A stretch of DNA of 64,000 nucleotides from Octopus sinensis (GCF_006345805.1 NC_043014.1:38874001-38938000), one strand, 5' to 3'; positions 12,023 through 25,870 are shown, numbered from the stretch's first letter. Translations and numbers: made by a program. The notes: generated from the letters alone by a model not told the origin.

Positions 12023-12231
12023 CTCTTTAACTTGTTTCAGTCATTTGACTGTGGCCATGCTGGAGCACCGCCTTTAGTCAAGCAAATTGACCCCAAGACT
12101 TATTCTTTGTAAGCCTAGTACTTATTCTATCTGTACTGGGCTTACAAAGAATAAGTCCCGGGGTCGATTTGCTCGTCTAAAGGCGGTGCTCCAGCATGGC
12201 CACAGTCAAATGACTGAAACAAGTAAAAGAG
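12023..12231. repeat. Fold-back palindrome of two SINE B tails
   Basis: Arms of about 100 bp (to 12121 and from 12133) with 11-nt spacer TTATTCTATCT. Confidence 0.85.
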
Positions 12232-12978
12232 AAAGAGAAAGAGATATATTGAATAATGTATTCCAGGTACACTAAACCAAAAAAAAAAAAAAATGTAGAG
12301 ATTGTCATAGTTGGAATTCCTTTGAGTCTGGGCTGAAACGTCTTGTTTTAAAGTCCTTGTATGGGGCACAAAATGTTGTCCAGGGTGGAAGATGTGGTTG
12401 AGCACATTAATTCAGAATGAAATTATGATCAACTTTTTTGTTTAACCATAGCCACCTTATGCTGTTACATTTTAAGAGATCGGGGTGTCTGTTGATGTAG
12501 AATCCACTGCTACTTTAAAACAGGTCGAGTGACTATGTAGAAAGCTCTTGTCCACAGGCTTGTAAAGTGAGCATTACTACTAACAAACCTTATATGGTGC
12601 GAAGCCATTTTCTTCATTAGAACAACAAGCAATTTAATCATTACTGTAATAGCCAACAGTGAGAAGAGTAGAGAGTCAGCGGGGGGGGGGGCATCAGTCG
12701 GGGGGGGGGGAGGGGGGTAGATCTGGTTTCCAAGTTTTTTGTTTTCATAATGAAATAATAGTTGTGTGTGTTTCAGAATGTATCTTCTGCACTGAAATTT
12801 CCACCAATCCTTCATGGTCAAACCACACCTCATGTAATTTAGCAGAGGCGGAGTGGTTCTCTAATATTTCATGATTGTTATTCAACATAGTAATCCACAA
12901 CCCTCACAGCTTCATTTTTTTTTTTCTACAAACCCTCTTTTGTTCCCCTCTCTCCTTTTCCCCTTCTCTCTGTTTCCT

Positions 12979-13009
<31 letters not shown>

Positions 13010-13587
13010 TCCTTTCTCTTTTGCTCTCTCTTATTTGAATGAGTTAATAAGTTTGGGATAATGATTTGAGTGCGTGGGTGGGTGGAAGAGACCTGTTGGG
13101 TTTGGTTGAGTGAGTAATTGAATAGGTGATAGGTGACAGAAAAGGTTTGGCTGGTAGTGTGAATGGATTTGAATGGGGTATCTATGTGAAAAGGTTTGGG
13201 TAGGTATTTGTGGGGCATAGAAAAAAATGTATGTGTGTGTTTGCTTATGACTGATACAATATGTTTGCTTTAACTAAATATAATGGCCCAATATTTCAGC
13301 GAAGGGTTAGAGAAGCTGTGATGTTTGTGATGTTCATAAAAATCATTGATTATAAGAAGAATGTTGCTCTGTACCCTCAAAATGTCTATATGACTAATAC
13401 AAAAAATAGTAGATATTATTTGAAGTAATAGAAAAAGCTGCTTATTAATTTGGTTGGAATTAAGTAACTCTTACTAAAAGAATGCAATTATTAAAGTCTG
13501 TTCAGATTGGAACCTGGTGCAGCTATCTGGCTCACCAACCCTCAGTCAAATCGTCCAACCCATGCCAGCATGGAAAGCAGACATTAA

Positions 13588-13635
<48 letters not shown>

Positions 13636-14484
13636 GTGGTGGTGATGGTGGTGGTGGTGGTGGCGGCGGCCGCAGCGGTGGTGGTGGTGGCGATGATGAT
13701 GATGATGATGAAAATTCTTAAAAATTCTAATTTTAATATAGTTTTATCAAGATGTGGTTTTCAAGTTTCTTTTCAACTCAACAATTAACAGTTAATTCAC
13801 TGCAAATCTTATGTAGCAAGATAACCTTTTTTAACACATCTTACTGCCTTCTCTGTCTCTCTTTCCATCTCATCTTTGTTTATATATTTCCAGTAGTTAA
13901 TTCCTTTGCTAAAACCTCTTTCGTACATGTTACCATAGTTCATGTGACAGACATGAATAAAAAATATCATTTCCCATCTCTGTACATCTGTTGTTGTATG
14001 TTTATATAAGTTATTAACATTAAAGTACATGTGTGTGTGTGTGTGTGTACATGCGTGCATGCATGTGTGTGTGTGTGCTTCAACAGGAAAGAAATAAGTT
14101 ATACAATCACATGTGTTGGAACCAAGAGTAAGTTTTTCAATGCAATTTTTTTCCAGCTAGATCCCCTAACATGTTTATGGTACCTTGCAAAAGAGAAAAC
14201 TTTGAACATCAGAGACTCTGAGTCTGCAATTTTTTTTTAATAAAAACATCTTTTTTTTAAATAACAAACTAATTACAGAATCTACAAGCACAGTACTATC
14301 TTTTTTCCAGCAAGTGAAATATATATTATACAAAATACAGACATGGCTCTATGGTAAGAAGCTTGCTTCCCAACCACATGGGTTCAGGTTCAGTTCCAAT
14401 GAATGGCACCTTGGGCAAGTGTCTTCTACTATAGCCTCAGGCCAACCAATCCCTTGTGAGTCGATTAGGTAGGCAGAAACTGAA

Positions 14485-14702
14485 AGGCGGCGAGCTGGCA
14501 GAAACGTTAGCATGCTGGGCGAAATGCTTTGTGGTATTTCGTTTGCTGTTACGTTTTGAGTTCAAATTCTGCCAAGGTCGACTTTGCTTTTCATCCTTTC
14601 GGGGTCGATAAATTAAGTACCAGTTGCACACTGGGGTCAATGTAATCGACTTAATCCCTTTGTCTGTCCTTGTTTGACCCCTCTGTGTTTAACCCCTTGT
14701 GT
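14485..14702 (+). mobile_element. SINE family A
   Basis: Head and body match the other family A copies. Confidence 0.85.
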
Positions 14703-15820
14703 GCAAAAGAGAAATAAGAGACTGAAAGATCATCATATATGCATATATATATGTGTGTGTGTGTATGTGTGTGTGTGGTCCCACCCATGCCAGCATAGAA
14801 GGCGGTATATGTATGTGTATTTTTGCTTGTGTCTGTGTTTGTCCCCCTACCATTGCTTGACAACCAATGTTGGTGTGTTTATGTCCCTGTAATTTAGCGG
14901 ATTCACCAAAAAAGACCAATAGAATAAGTACTAGGCTTAAAAAGAATAAGTCCTGGGGTCAATTTCTTCAACTAAAACCCTTTAAGGCAGTGCTCCAGCA
15001 AGGCCACAGTCTAATGACTGAAACATGTAACAGAATAACACACATTTTAAATGCAAATGAAATAAGACATGCACTTCAAATGGAAACAAAATATACTCAT
15101 ATACAAAACAAAATATATTTATATACAATTATTATGAAGAGGTACATGGCTTGGTGGTTAATGTGTTGGACTCATGATTGTAAGATTGTGGTTTAAATTC
15201 CTGGACCAGGAAGTGCATTGTGTTCTTGAGCAAAATATTTCATGTTGCTCAAGTCCACTCAGCTAGCAAAAATGAGTAATCCTGCAATGGACTGGCATCC
15301 TTTCCAGGTGAGTAATATGTACGCCACAGAAACTGGGAAACCAGCCCTTATGAGTCAGTATGACTTTGGAAGAATTTTTATTCCATCTTTTTTATGCAAT
15401 TATTATACAAAAAATATATTTATACACTTTAAATATGGATTTTTCGACTTTACCCAACAAAGTGGATACTCAAAACCTCTGTGATTTACATAAACATAGC
15501 AAACATGTACACATACAAAGAAAAACACATGCATTTCATTTGCCACTAAGGTGACAAACATTTGGGAAAAAACTTGTAAGAGTGATCTGAAATTATAGCA
15601 GGTAGGATGAAATAGATTTCAAATTATCCCTGATGGTAATTTGAAATCAATTTTAAGTTACATGGACATAAACACACCAACATTGGTTGTCAAGCAATGG
15701 TGGGAAGACAAACACAGACACAAGCATAGATACATATATATCATCATCATTACTATCGTCTAATGTCCGCCTTCTATGCTGACATGGGTGGGACCATATA
15801 TATATATATATATATATATT

Positions 15821-15975
15821 TGGGGCTGGCCGGATCGGAGCGATCTCAAGATTAATCAGCTGAAATTGCGAGGATGATCCGGTTCTTGACTGAAGATTAG
15901 AGGCTTCGAATGACCCGTCCGTTTTTTTGTGTTGTCTATTTGAATGTTTTGTGTTCTTGTCCCATTTTGTATTTT
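15821..15975. repeat. TA-flanked interspersed repeat family G (fragment)
   Basis: GGGGCTGGCCGGATCGGAGCGATCTCAAG..; homologous to about 23560, 29295, 44950, 47912 and 48765. Confidence 0.75.
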
Positions 15976-15983
15976 TATATATA

Positions 15984-16057
<74 letters not shown>

Positions 16058-16364
16058 TTGTTCCTTCTCAAGCCATGCCTGGCTCATAAGGGCCGGTTTC
16101 CCGGTTTCTGTGGCATATAGGTCCCCCACTTGGATGGGACGCCGGTCTTGTCGCAGGTGAGCTGCAAGATGCAGGAAGAAAGAGTGAGAGAAAGTTACTG
16201 GAAGGTCAGCTGAATAGAGAGGCCAAAACCAGTCAGTTTGAACATAAAACTTATGGAATATTTGGGCCAGTTATGGTCAGTATAAATGCTAAAAGGTTAA
16301 AATGAAGTATAAATAGTATAATGGTAAAGGGTATAGATCCCTTTACCATCATACTATTATACTT

Positions 16365-16600
16365 AAGGTGGTGAGCTGGCAGAAATGTTATAGCATGCTG
16401 GGCGAAATGCTTTGCGGTATTTCGTCTGCCGCTAGTTCTGAGTTCAAATTCCGCCGAGGTCGACTTTGCCTTTCATCCTTTCAGGGTCAATTAAATAAGT
16501 AACAGTTACACACTGGGGTCGATATAATCGACTTAATCCGTTTGTCTGTCCTTGTTTGTCCCCTCTGTGTTTAGCCCCTTGTGGGTAGTAAAGAAATAGG
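16365..16600 (+). mobile_element. SINE family A
   Basis: Head and body match the other family A copies. Confidence 0.85.
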
Positions 16601-16968
16601 TAAAGGGTATAGATCCCCTTTGGTCACAAATGACCATAAGATTGCTCCTAGAAAGTTCCCCTTTGAGGCACAAGTCCAGGCAAGGTTGTTTCTGGAAGAC
16701 AGGCAGTCACTCATGCATACCAGTCTTGCTTTTCCGCACCACTGAAGTTGTCCAAGTTGTGCAAAGGCTGACACAGCAACTCATTTCTACAGCTGAATGA
16801 ATAAGAGCAATGGGAAATAAAGTTTCTTGCTCAAGAACATAACATACAGCTCGGTTCAGGAATTGAACTCGCAACTTCATGATTGTAAGCCTGACACCAC
16901 TGAGGTAATCCAAAATTATATTCTTTTGGCTATAGTATTTCTACTGTTGTAGTGTATTCTCAAGGGTA

Positions 16969-16999
<31 letters not shown>

Positions 17000-17364
17000 C
17001 TAGCACTATGACCTGGCAATGCCAGGTCATAATGCTAGTGCATGCATATACAGCTGCGTGCATGTGCACATACACACGAGTACTGTCCAAATCTCCGAAT
17101 AATCACATACAGCTAGCTGGCATTGAATTGACGTATCAAGTTTCAGGCATTCTGATTGGGTTTTGGATAGAAAATTCACAAAAAAGTCACTTCTATTGAT
17201 TTTTGTAATGGCTTTGCGGGGTGACTGGGGAAATGTAAAGATGTGCACGACCACCCTTAGATAGTTTTGAATGACCATAGAAAGTGCGAGCCCTCTAACT
17301 GAAAAATTGTGGATTTGTATAAAGGACACATACGCAGACATTTTGCTGTTTATATATATAGAGA
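17000..17364 (-). mobile_element. Non-autonomous Helitron
   Basis: Minus strand A|TC...CTAG|T; perfect 11-bp hairpin TATGACCTGGC-AAT-GCCAGGTCATA (17007-17031) near the 3' end; no TSD. Confidence 0.8.
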
Positions 17365-17739
17365 TGACTGTACTTGCTTTTGTTAGCCACACAAAAATCA
17401 TTACCACACCCATTTTTTACACAACTAAACATTTGAATAGTTTGACAAAATGAAAAAATGGCATTCACTTGCTGAGAAAAGTAAAATATTCATGGAACAA
17501 CAATTCAGAAATCTCATAACTCACGATGTTATTATGGACCAGCTCAAAAATCATCAATTTTCATACAGTTTATCTAGGACAAATCAACCTAGTGAATATC
17601 ATAAATCTAACTAAATTCACTGGATAATTTTTGATTTATCACTGCAGGCCAGAAAACTTATATATTATGTTATTATACTATACACACACACAGATTTTAA
17701 CAGGAGACTATCTTTTATCTTTTTTTTAATATCTTTTGC

Positions 17740-18092
17740 TTGTTTCAAGCCATTAGATTGTGGCCATGCTGGAGCACCGCCTTGAACTTTTTTTTTTGTT
17801 TTTGTTAAGCCTGGTACTTATTCTATTGGTCTCTTTTGCCAAACAGCTAAGTTGTGGGGATGCAAACACACCGACACTGATTGTCAAGCAGTAAGGGGAC
17901 AAACCCAGATACAAAGACACACACATGCACACACATACACACACACACACACACACATATACAATGGGCTTATTTCAGTTTCCGTCTACAAAATTGACTC
18001 ACAAGGCTTTGGTCAGCCCAGGGCTATAGTAGAAGACACTTGCCACACAGCGGGACTGAACCCAGAACCATGTGGTTGGGAAGCAAGTGTCT
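17740..18092 (-). mobile_element. SINE family B
   Basis: Reverse complement of the family B head, body and tail. Confidence 0.8.
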
Positions 18093-18130
18093 TACCATGC
18101 AGTAACAACATCTTCATATGGAATCTATTT

Positions 18131-18472
18131 TCAGTATAGCAAACTGACTCTGATGTAACTTATTGGACTCAGTATAGCAAACTGACTCTGATGTAACTTA
18201 ATGGACTCAGTATAGCAAACTGACTCTGATGTAACTTCATGGACTCAGTATAGCAAACTGACTCTGATGTAACTTCATGGACTCAGTATAGCAAACTGAC
18301 TCTGATGTAACTTAATGGACTCAGTATAGCAAACTGACTCTGATGTAACTTAATGGACTCAGTATAGCAAACTGACTCTGATGTAACTTCATGGACTCAG
18401 TATAGCAAACTGACTCTGATGTAACTTTATGGACTCAGTATAGCAAACTGACTCTGATGTAACTTCATGGAC
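18131..18472. repeat. Minisatellite, 9 x 38 bp
   Basis: Unit TCAGTATAGCAAACTGACTCTGATGTAACTT(A/C/T)ATGGAC; no spacers. Confidence 0.95.
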
Positions 18473-19017
18473 AGGATGTTTGATTTACAATCATAAGTTT
18501 GTGGTTCACCTACTGGATTGGGCAACATGATGTGTCCTTGAGCAGGGTACTTCCTTTCATATTGCTCCTGTCTAATCAGCTGTGATGGGTACCACCCAAG
18601 TGCTGATTAATATCAATCTGTCACCCATCCAGCTATTATATACTGAATGTTCTGCTGAGTCAAGGGTACGGAGAGCAGAAGGACAGTGGTGGGGGTAGTC
18701 TATGTCTATTTGAAACCACATAAGCACCTAAAACAATCATCAAAAGCACGGTACATGCTACCAAGCAATACTTGTTTATGAGTGACAGCTGGTTGTCATG
18801 CATGTACTTTTGTTACTCTGAAATGACAGACAATGGAATATGAATATATAAATTTGCACCAAGTAGATTAAGGCCGAATCAACTCAGCTAACATGGTTAA
18901 TACCATGACAGAATATACCTAGAGGACCCTGTAAAGTGGATGATAAATGAACAGAGACAACATAGGGTCAAGAAGAACCTTTGTTTCAACTAAGGACATG
19001 ACAACATCACTTGGTTT

Positions 19018-19392
19018 TACTCTTTTACTTGTTTCAATCATTTGACTGCAGCCATGCTGGAGCACTGCCTTTAGTTGAGCAACTCAAGCCCGGGACTTAT
19101 TCTTTGTAAGCCCAGTACTAATTCTATCAGTCTCTTTTGCCGAACCACTAAGTGACGGGGACATAAACACACCAGCATCGATTGTCAAGCAATGCTAGGG
19201 GGACAAACACAGATACACAAACATACACGTACACATACATATACGACAGGCTTCTTTCAGTTTCCGTCTACCAAATCCACTCACAAGGCATTGGTCGGCC
19301 CGAGGCTATAGTAGAAGACACTTACCCAAGGTGCCACGCAGTGGGACTGAACCCGGAACCATGTGGTTGGTAAGCAAGCTACTTACCACATT
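19018..19392 (-). mobile_element. SINE family B
   Basis: Reverse complement of the family B consensus. Confidence 0.85.
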
Positions 19393-19739
19393 AAAATACA
19401 CTCTGTACAAATTGTTAAGTGGTTGATGTGAGGAATAGCAACCACTATAGAGCTTACCACTTAGGCCCTTCACTCCTAATAGCAACTTTTCTCCACTGTT
19501 CCTGATTCCGAGCTGTCTTTTCTGTTTCTTTCCAGTTGGATTCTTACTTTTTCAGTTCTACCTCAGTATCTCATCTAAAGCTCTTTTTAGGATATCCTTT
19601 CTTCTGCTTCTTTTGTAGGTTCCAGGTCAGGACCCTGAAGAAAGGTCCAGTTGGTTTTTGAATTGTTATTGATGTTTCTGTAACTTTGCACTTTTCTAGT
19701 CTGATGTCATATTTTTTTATATTACTATGTCCAGGTTCC

Positions 19740-20090
19740 AACCCAGGCCACAGTCACAAAGACCACCCACCACACTTCTCGATCCCTCATCTCTGCCTCG
19801 AGGTCCTGGATACATTTCAAACCAGTGTCTGCGATCAAGTTGTCAATGTAAGCCTCACAACATTTTCCTCTTCTAACATCACTCATCACCATGAAGTGGG
19901 TTCCACAAGACTAATTTGGATGTTTCCAGTTCAGGGTGGCAACACACAGTGACCAGACAGTTGCAGCCATCTTTGTCTGACCTTCTTGCTAACTTTCAGC
20001 AGGTTTCCATAAAGGCATTCATTTGTCATATGTTGCTGCCATTTCACATTTAGGGCCCATTTGTAGCATCCTTGTGTAGCATCCATTTAG
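19740..20090 (-). pseudogene. Degenerate RTE-clade LINE C-terminus
   Basis: Minus-strand hand translation includes RRGK..AYIDNLIADTGLKCIQDLEAEMRDREVW, typical of RTE C-termini; contains stops. Confidence 0.6.
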
Positions 20091-20139
20091 CCCATTTGAT
20101 AATTTCGTTTTTGGTGTCTATGTTTTACTGTCATATCAT

Positions 20140-20375
20140 ACCTATTTCTTTACTACCCATGAGGGGCTAAACACAGAGAGGACAAACAAGGACAGACACA
20201 CGGATTAAGTCAATTATATCGACCCCAGTGCGTAACTGGTACTTATTTAATCGACCCCGAAAGGATGAAAGGCAAAGTCAACCTCGGCGGAGTTTGAACT
20301 CAGAACGTAACGGCAGATGAAATACAGCTACGCATTTCGCCCTGCGTGCTAACAATTCTGCCAGCTCGCCGCCTT
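20140..20375 (-). mobile_element. SINE family A, full length
   Basis: Reverse complement of the family A consensus. Confidence 0.9.
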
Positions 20376-21269
20376 GTTTCTATTTAACCACTGTAACACC
20401 CTGTCATATCATACCACTACTTCAGGAAGTACATATTTGTCTGACCTCTATCCCTTGATCTGTCTAGCATGGGAAGCCCCTACAAGAAGCTTGTGCTCCA
20501 CTGGCATAGCTCTTAGACACACAAGACACCATACTGCACAACAACAAGGACTGGACCTTGTAGTGGAACTAGTCATAGAAGCTGTACCAAAAATGACATG
20601 TACAAGTGAGGCATGATCATCTAATCCATCTTTGAGAGCAAGAATTCTGAATAAGATTTGGAAAATGACAAACCGTCCAACACGTATCAGCATAGAAAAC
20701 AGGAACGATCCTTTCTAAAATAAGCATAAGGCCTGAAATTGTTTCTTTTTTTTTTTTTTAGTAGGAGAGGGGGTGGGGCAAATCAATTACATCAAACCCA
20801 ATGTTCAACTGGTACTTAATTTATCAGCCCCAAAAGGATGAAAGGTAAAGTTGTACTCAGCAGAACTTGAACTCAAAAAGTAAAGACAAACTAAATGCCA
20901 CTAAGCGTTTTGTCCAGCATGCTAATGATTCCACCACCTCACCACCTTATGGAAAGCAATAATAGCAATGACAAGAGGTGACAGTATGTTTCATAAACTT
21001 TCTTGCTAAGTCATTTGTTCCTTTTGAAATTTTGAAGCATGTAAAGAGTATGTACTTAACTATATAAATAGACTGTATAATGAAAAGCAAAGTTAACTTT
21101 GGTAGTATTTGAACTCAGAATATAAAGACCCAGATGAATGGTCACTGAGCATTTTGTCCAACATGCTAACAATTCTGCAAGGTCATGACCCCAATAATAA
21201 TATTAATGATGATGATGATGATGATGACGATGACGATGACGACGACGACGACGACGATGATGATGATTT

Positions 21270-21661
21270 CTAATTGATGTATCAATACCAGCAGATGACA
21301 ACGTTTCTCTAAAAGAAATGGAGAAACTTTCAAAATACAAAGATCTGGAAATAGAGGTAACTCAAATGTGGAATCTACAAACAGAAACAATTCCTATCAT
21401 AATAAGGTGCATTAGGCATGATAAAAAAATATTCAGACAAATACATAACAAAAACACCAGGAGTTACAAACACATATAACATACAGAAAATTGCACTACT
21501 GGGCACTGCCCACATCCTACGCAAAACACTTTCAATACAGTAACCATCAGAGCATCACAGCAAACCACAGCTAATACCCAAGGCACACAGAGATGCGCTC
21601 GGTAGTGAAGTGAAAGCATGCTATAAAAATAAAACTACTGAGTGATAATAATAATAATAAC

Positions 21662-21701
<40 letters not shown>

Positions 21702-21710
21702 TAATAATAA
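21270..21710 (+). pseudogene. 3' end of a restriction-like-endonuclease non-LTR element (R4/Dong-like) with (AAT)n tail
   Basis: LIDVSIPADDNVSLKEMEKLSKYKDLEIEVTQMW..(+1 frameshift)GALGMIKK..IQKIALLGTAHILRKTLSIQ* (stop 21541-21543), then 3' UTR and (AAT)n. Confidence 0.8.
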
Positions 21711-22763
21711 CAAGAGCGCTCAGAGAGTGCAAACTTCTGCCAAGGCAACACCAACATCCTCTCAATGATTAGCCGGAGATGATTTTTAAAATATCTGAAA
21801 TAAGCTTGACTGCTTTCTCAAATGAGAATACTAAAAATAAACCCAACTGCTCTCAAAAATTAAGTAAAAAAATGGAAAAATAATCCAGAATCCTTGTCCG
21901 GTACCTGATCGATCCCAATGCTAGTCATGGAATGTGAAGGTGAGTGTGCAGGCCGTGTTTGTATTGCTGTGTGTGTGTCATCTGCAGTGGGAACAGGGAC
22001 AGTTTTCTTTATGAATACTTTTTTTAGTCTATCCACTGATATAGTTTCTTTACAACCATTAAGGTCTATAGTGAAAAATTTATCCGTGCATGAAAGAAAA
22101 CAGAAAGGACCTGCATACGGTGCTGTTAACAGAGATTCAACAACATCGTTGCGCACAAAAAAATGAGCCCAAGAAGTAAAGCTTCCTTCAAGGCAGAGCT
22201 AGAAATGCAATTGTCAAGTAGGTAAGAGGTTTTAAACAGGAGCGATATATTCATAATTGGTAAAACTAAAAATTGTCAAGTATAAATTAAATTTATTATT
22301 GTTAGTGAATATGTTAGTGTTATTTAATTTCTGAAAAGTTTTGCTGCTGTTTGTTTACGTAGTTTGATTTCTTTATCCATCAGTTTCTACCAAGGTAGAG
22401 AACGCGAGTAAAATTAATAACGGGGAAACAAAAATGAAACTTTGGAAACAGCAATGCCACCATAACTTACATAGAAACCATGAGCATGCTTTCAAGGGAG
22501 ATAATCAGAGAAAGACTTGAAAGTGAACGTAAGATCATAATACTTCATGTAAAGTAGAGTAAATATAGCAAATAATCCAGAATCTTTGTCCAGTACTGGA
22601 TCAATCCCAAAATCTAATCAGTTTGTGCCAGTCATGAGGCCAAACATCCTTGAAAGTTTCATCTGAATCTATCCACTGGTTCTTGAGATATCTTGTCTAC
22701 AGACAAACAAGCAAACAAACACAACGGAAAACAATACCCCTGCCTTCGCTAAGGCAGAGGTAA
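21708..22763 (+). mobile_element. Helentron/HINE-like element, interrupted or two nested copies
   Basis: 5' AACAAGAGCGCTCAGAGAGTGCAAAC..GCCAAGGC and 3' hairpin CTGCCTT-CGCT-AAGGCAGAGGTAA; about 40-bp segment repeated at about 21877 and 22570. Confidence 0.5.
21920..22160 (-). pseudogene. Gypsy-type integrase C-terminal fragment
   Basis: ORF 21860-22156: APYAGPF..TDKFFTIDLNGCKETISVDRLK matches the PYxGP..SxDRLK motif. Confidence 0.7.
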
Positions 22764-23400
22764 GAATCCTTTCTACAATAAGGGCACAAGGCCTGAAATT
22801 TGGAAGGAGTGGGGCCAGTCGATTACATCAACCCCAGTGCTTCATTTGCGCCAAATTTATCAACTACAAAAGGATGAAATGCAAAGTCAACCTCAGCGGA
22901 ATTTGAACTCAGAACGTAGCGATGGGTGAAATACCACTAAGCATTTCGTCTTGTGTGCTAACGACTCTGCCAGCTCACCACCTTAATAATAACAATAATA
23001 ATAAGTAAAAAAATGCACACTTCAGTTTAGCACTTCCTACTGCTTAAAGTCATGAGCTGAATCTCTTAATGGTATCTATTCACAATTAGGCAGACTGAGC
23101 CAGTATGTGATTGAGTATATTGGCCTTGGCCTAGCCTTTGTAAACAGCATCACTGACACAATACACAGGATCAAATTTTGAATCCAGAAAACTGAGATTT
23201 TAGCCGATTTGGCCAGCTGCAAGTTCTTAATAAAATATAGACATTGTTTTTCAACCATTTCTCAGCTAACCTAATTCTCATGTCATTTGTTCATTTGTTT
23301 ACACTATTTACTTATTTATCTAAGGAGTGAGGAATTTAAAGCCAATTAAGTTTCATTTATCTCACACCTTGACACAATTTAAACCTGGAAACTATATGTA

Positions 23401-23472
<72 letters not shown>

Positions 23473-23483
23473 TACATATATAC

Positions 23484-23531
<48 letters not shown>

Positions 23532-23736
23532 GTCTTCTACCAAGAAATCTAATGCTTACAGCTTAGTTTTTTTTCTTGGGGCTGGCCGAGTTGGAGCAAA
23601 TATCAGAATTGAACAGCCGAAATTTGCTATGATGATTCGGTGTCTGACTGAAGATTGAAGGCTTCGAATGATTTGTCTGTGTTCCGTGTTCGTCCCTTCC
23701 TGTATTTCACGTTCATTATATATAAAAACATTCATT

Positions 23737-23782
<46 letters not shown>

Positions 23783-24209
23783 TGTGCATGTGTGTGTGTG
23801 TATTGCTGTAAATTTTTCACTCCTTAAATAAACAGGAATAAATGTGGTCGTGCAGTAATATGTTAGCTTTTCAATTCGCTTTCAAGCTACATGGTTTTTA
23901 GTTCAATCCCATTGCATGTGGCACCTTAGGCGAGTGTCTTCTACTATAGCCTTAGGCCAAACAAAAGCCTTATGAAAGAAGCCTATCATGTGTGTGTGTG
24001 TGTGTGGTGTGTGTGTAAACCAACATGTAGCCATACAATCTTCCATGAAATCATGTTTGACCATGGGGGTAATGTAATATTACCTTGCTTGGGAACAGAC
24101 GATGGTTGGTGAAGGGAAGAGCATTCAGCTGTAGAAAAAATCTACTTCACAGGAGGATGCTTTCTGACCCACACAAACATGGAAAAATGAATGTTAGGAA
24201 ACAATGAAC

Positions 24210-24768
24210 ATGTGATGATGATGATGATGACGACGACAATGATGATGACAATGATGATGATGACGATGATGATGATGATGATGACAATGATGATGACAAT
24301 GATGATGATGATAATGATGATGACAATGATGATGATGATAATGATGATGACAATGATGATGATGATAATGATGATGACAATGATGATGATGATAATGATG
24401 ATGACAATGATGATGATGATAATGATGATGACAATGATGATGATGACAATGATGATGACAATGATGATGATGACGATGATGATGACAATGATGATGATGA
24501 TGATGATGATGATGACAATGACGATGATGATGACGACGACAATGATGATGATGACAATGATGATGATGATAATGATGATGATGACAATGACGATGATGAT
24601 GACGACGACAATGATGATGACAATGATGATGACAATGATGATGACAATGATGATGATGATGATGACAATGATGACGACGACAATGATGATGACAATGATG
24701 ATGATGACGATGATGATGACAATGATGATGATGATAATGATGATGATGACAATGACGATGATGATGGT
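24210..24768. repeat. Long compound (GAT/GAC/AAT)n microsatellite
   Basis: Direct reading; accounts for the poly-S, poly-H and poly-M ORFs. Confidence 0.95.
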
Positions 24769-25199
24769 AACTGTGTGTGTAAATTTGTGTGTGTGTGTGC
24801 ATGTGTGTGTGTGAGTGTGTGTGTGTACTTCCTAAGACCACACACCGTTCTCTATCCTTATTCCACATTCCTAAATATTCAATTGATTTCTTTGTTTCTA
24901 CTTTAATTATTTACTTTCGCTGACTGTTTTGGTAATTTTGCGGCTTGTTTTGAATATAATTATTTCTCACACGCAAAGAAGAAGAAGAAGAAAAAGGAGG
25001 AGGAGGAAGAGGAGAAGGAACACCACTGCCACCATCTGTAAACTCAACAGTAAAGCTATTTTGATTTTGAATGGAGCCCAGTTTACAGAGAAGGTCTCAA
25101 ATCTCTGGAGAGTGAGTGGTTGAATGAGATTTTGCATATGGAAACTTGCATGGCTGGTGATAAATTTAGCTTATAAATCAAGTGACTGTGTCTGGGTAC

Positions 25200-25244
25200 A
25201 TTTGTATTTGTGTATACCAATATATATATATATACATACATAAC

Positions 25245-25315
<71 letters not shown>

Positions 25316-25411
25316 CATATACATACACACACAACACACTGCATATATAAACACATGTACATATATACAACATATATAATATATACAAATATATGTCTAT
25401 ACATACATACA

Positions 25412-25447
<36 letters not shown>

Positions 25448-25469
25448 TATACACACATATGTATATATG

Positions 25470-25502
<33 letters not shown>

Positions 25503-25870
25503 ATGTGTGTGTGTATACATATGTATGTGTGTATATATAAATACACACACACATACACATATATATATTCATTTATGTATGATGTAAACACACACAAACT
25601 CATATACATCAAGTATGTATGTATATATATATGTGTGTGTATATATGTGTGTGTATACATATGTATGTGTGTATATATAAATACACACACACATACACAT
25701 ATATATATATTCATTTATGTATGATATAAACAAACACAAACTCACATACATCATCATACAAACATACATACATATATGAATATATATGTATTTGTGTGCG
25801 TATACATACATGTGAGTGTGTGTGTGCATACATGTGTGTGTATGTATGTATGGGTATATGTGTGTACATT
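25200..25870. repeat. Compound (TA)/(TACA)/(TG) microsatellite block with internal ~120-bp duplication
   Basis: CATATATATTCATTTATGTATGAT.TAAAC motif recurs at about 25560 and 25705. Confidence 0.85.

Noticed and set aside
12681-12718. Poly-G runs as a functional G-quadruplex
   Set aside because: Homopolymer lengths are unreliable and there is no supporting context.
18131-18472. CRISPR array
   Set aside because: Units are contiguous with no unique spacers, there are no cas genes, and the context is eukaryotic.
24147-24868. Poly-Ser, poly-His and poly-Met ORFs
   Set aside because: Stop-free frames of the (GAT)n repeat.
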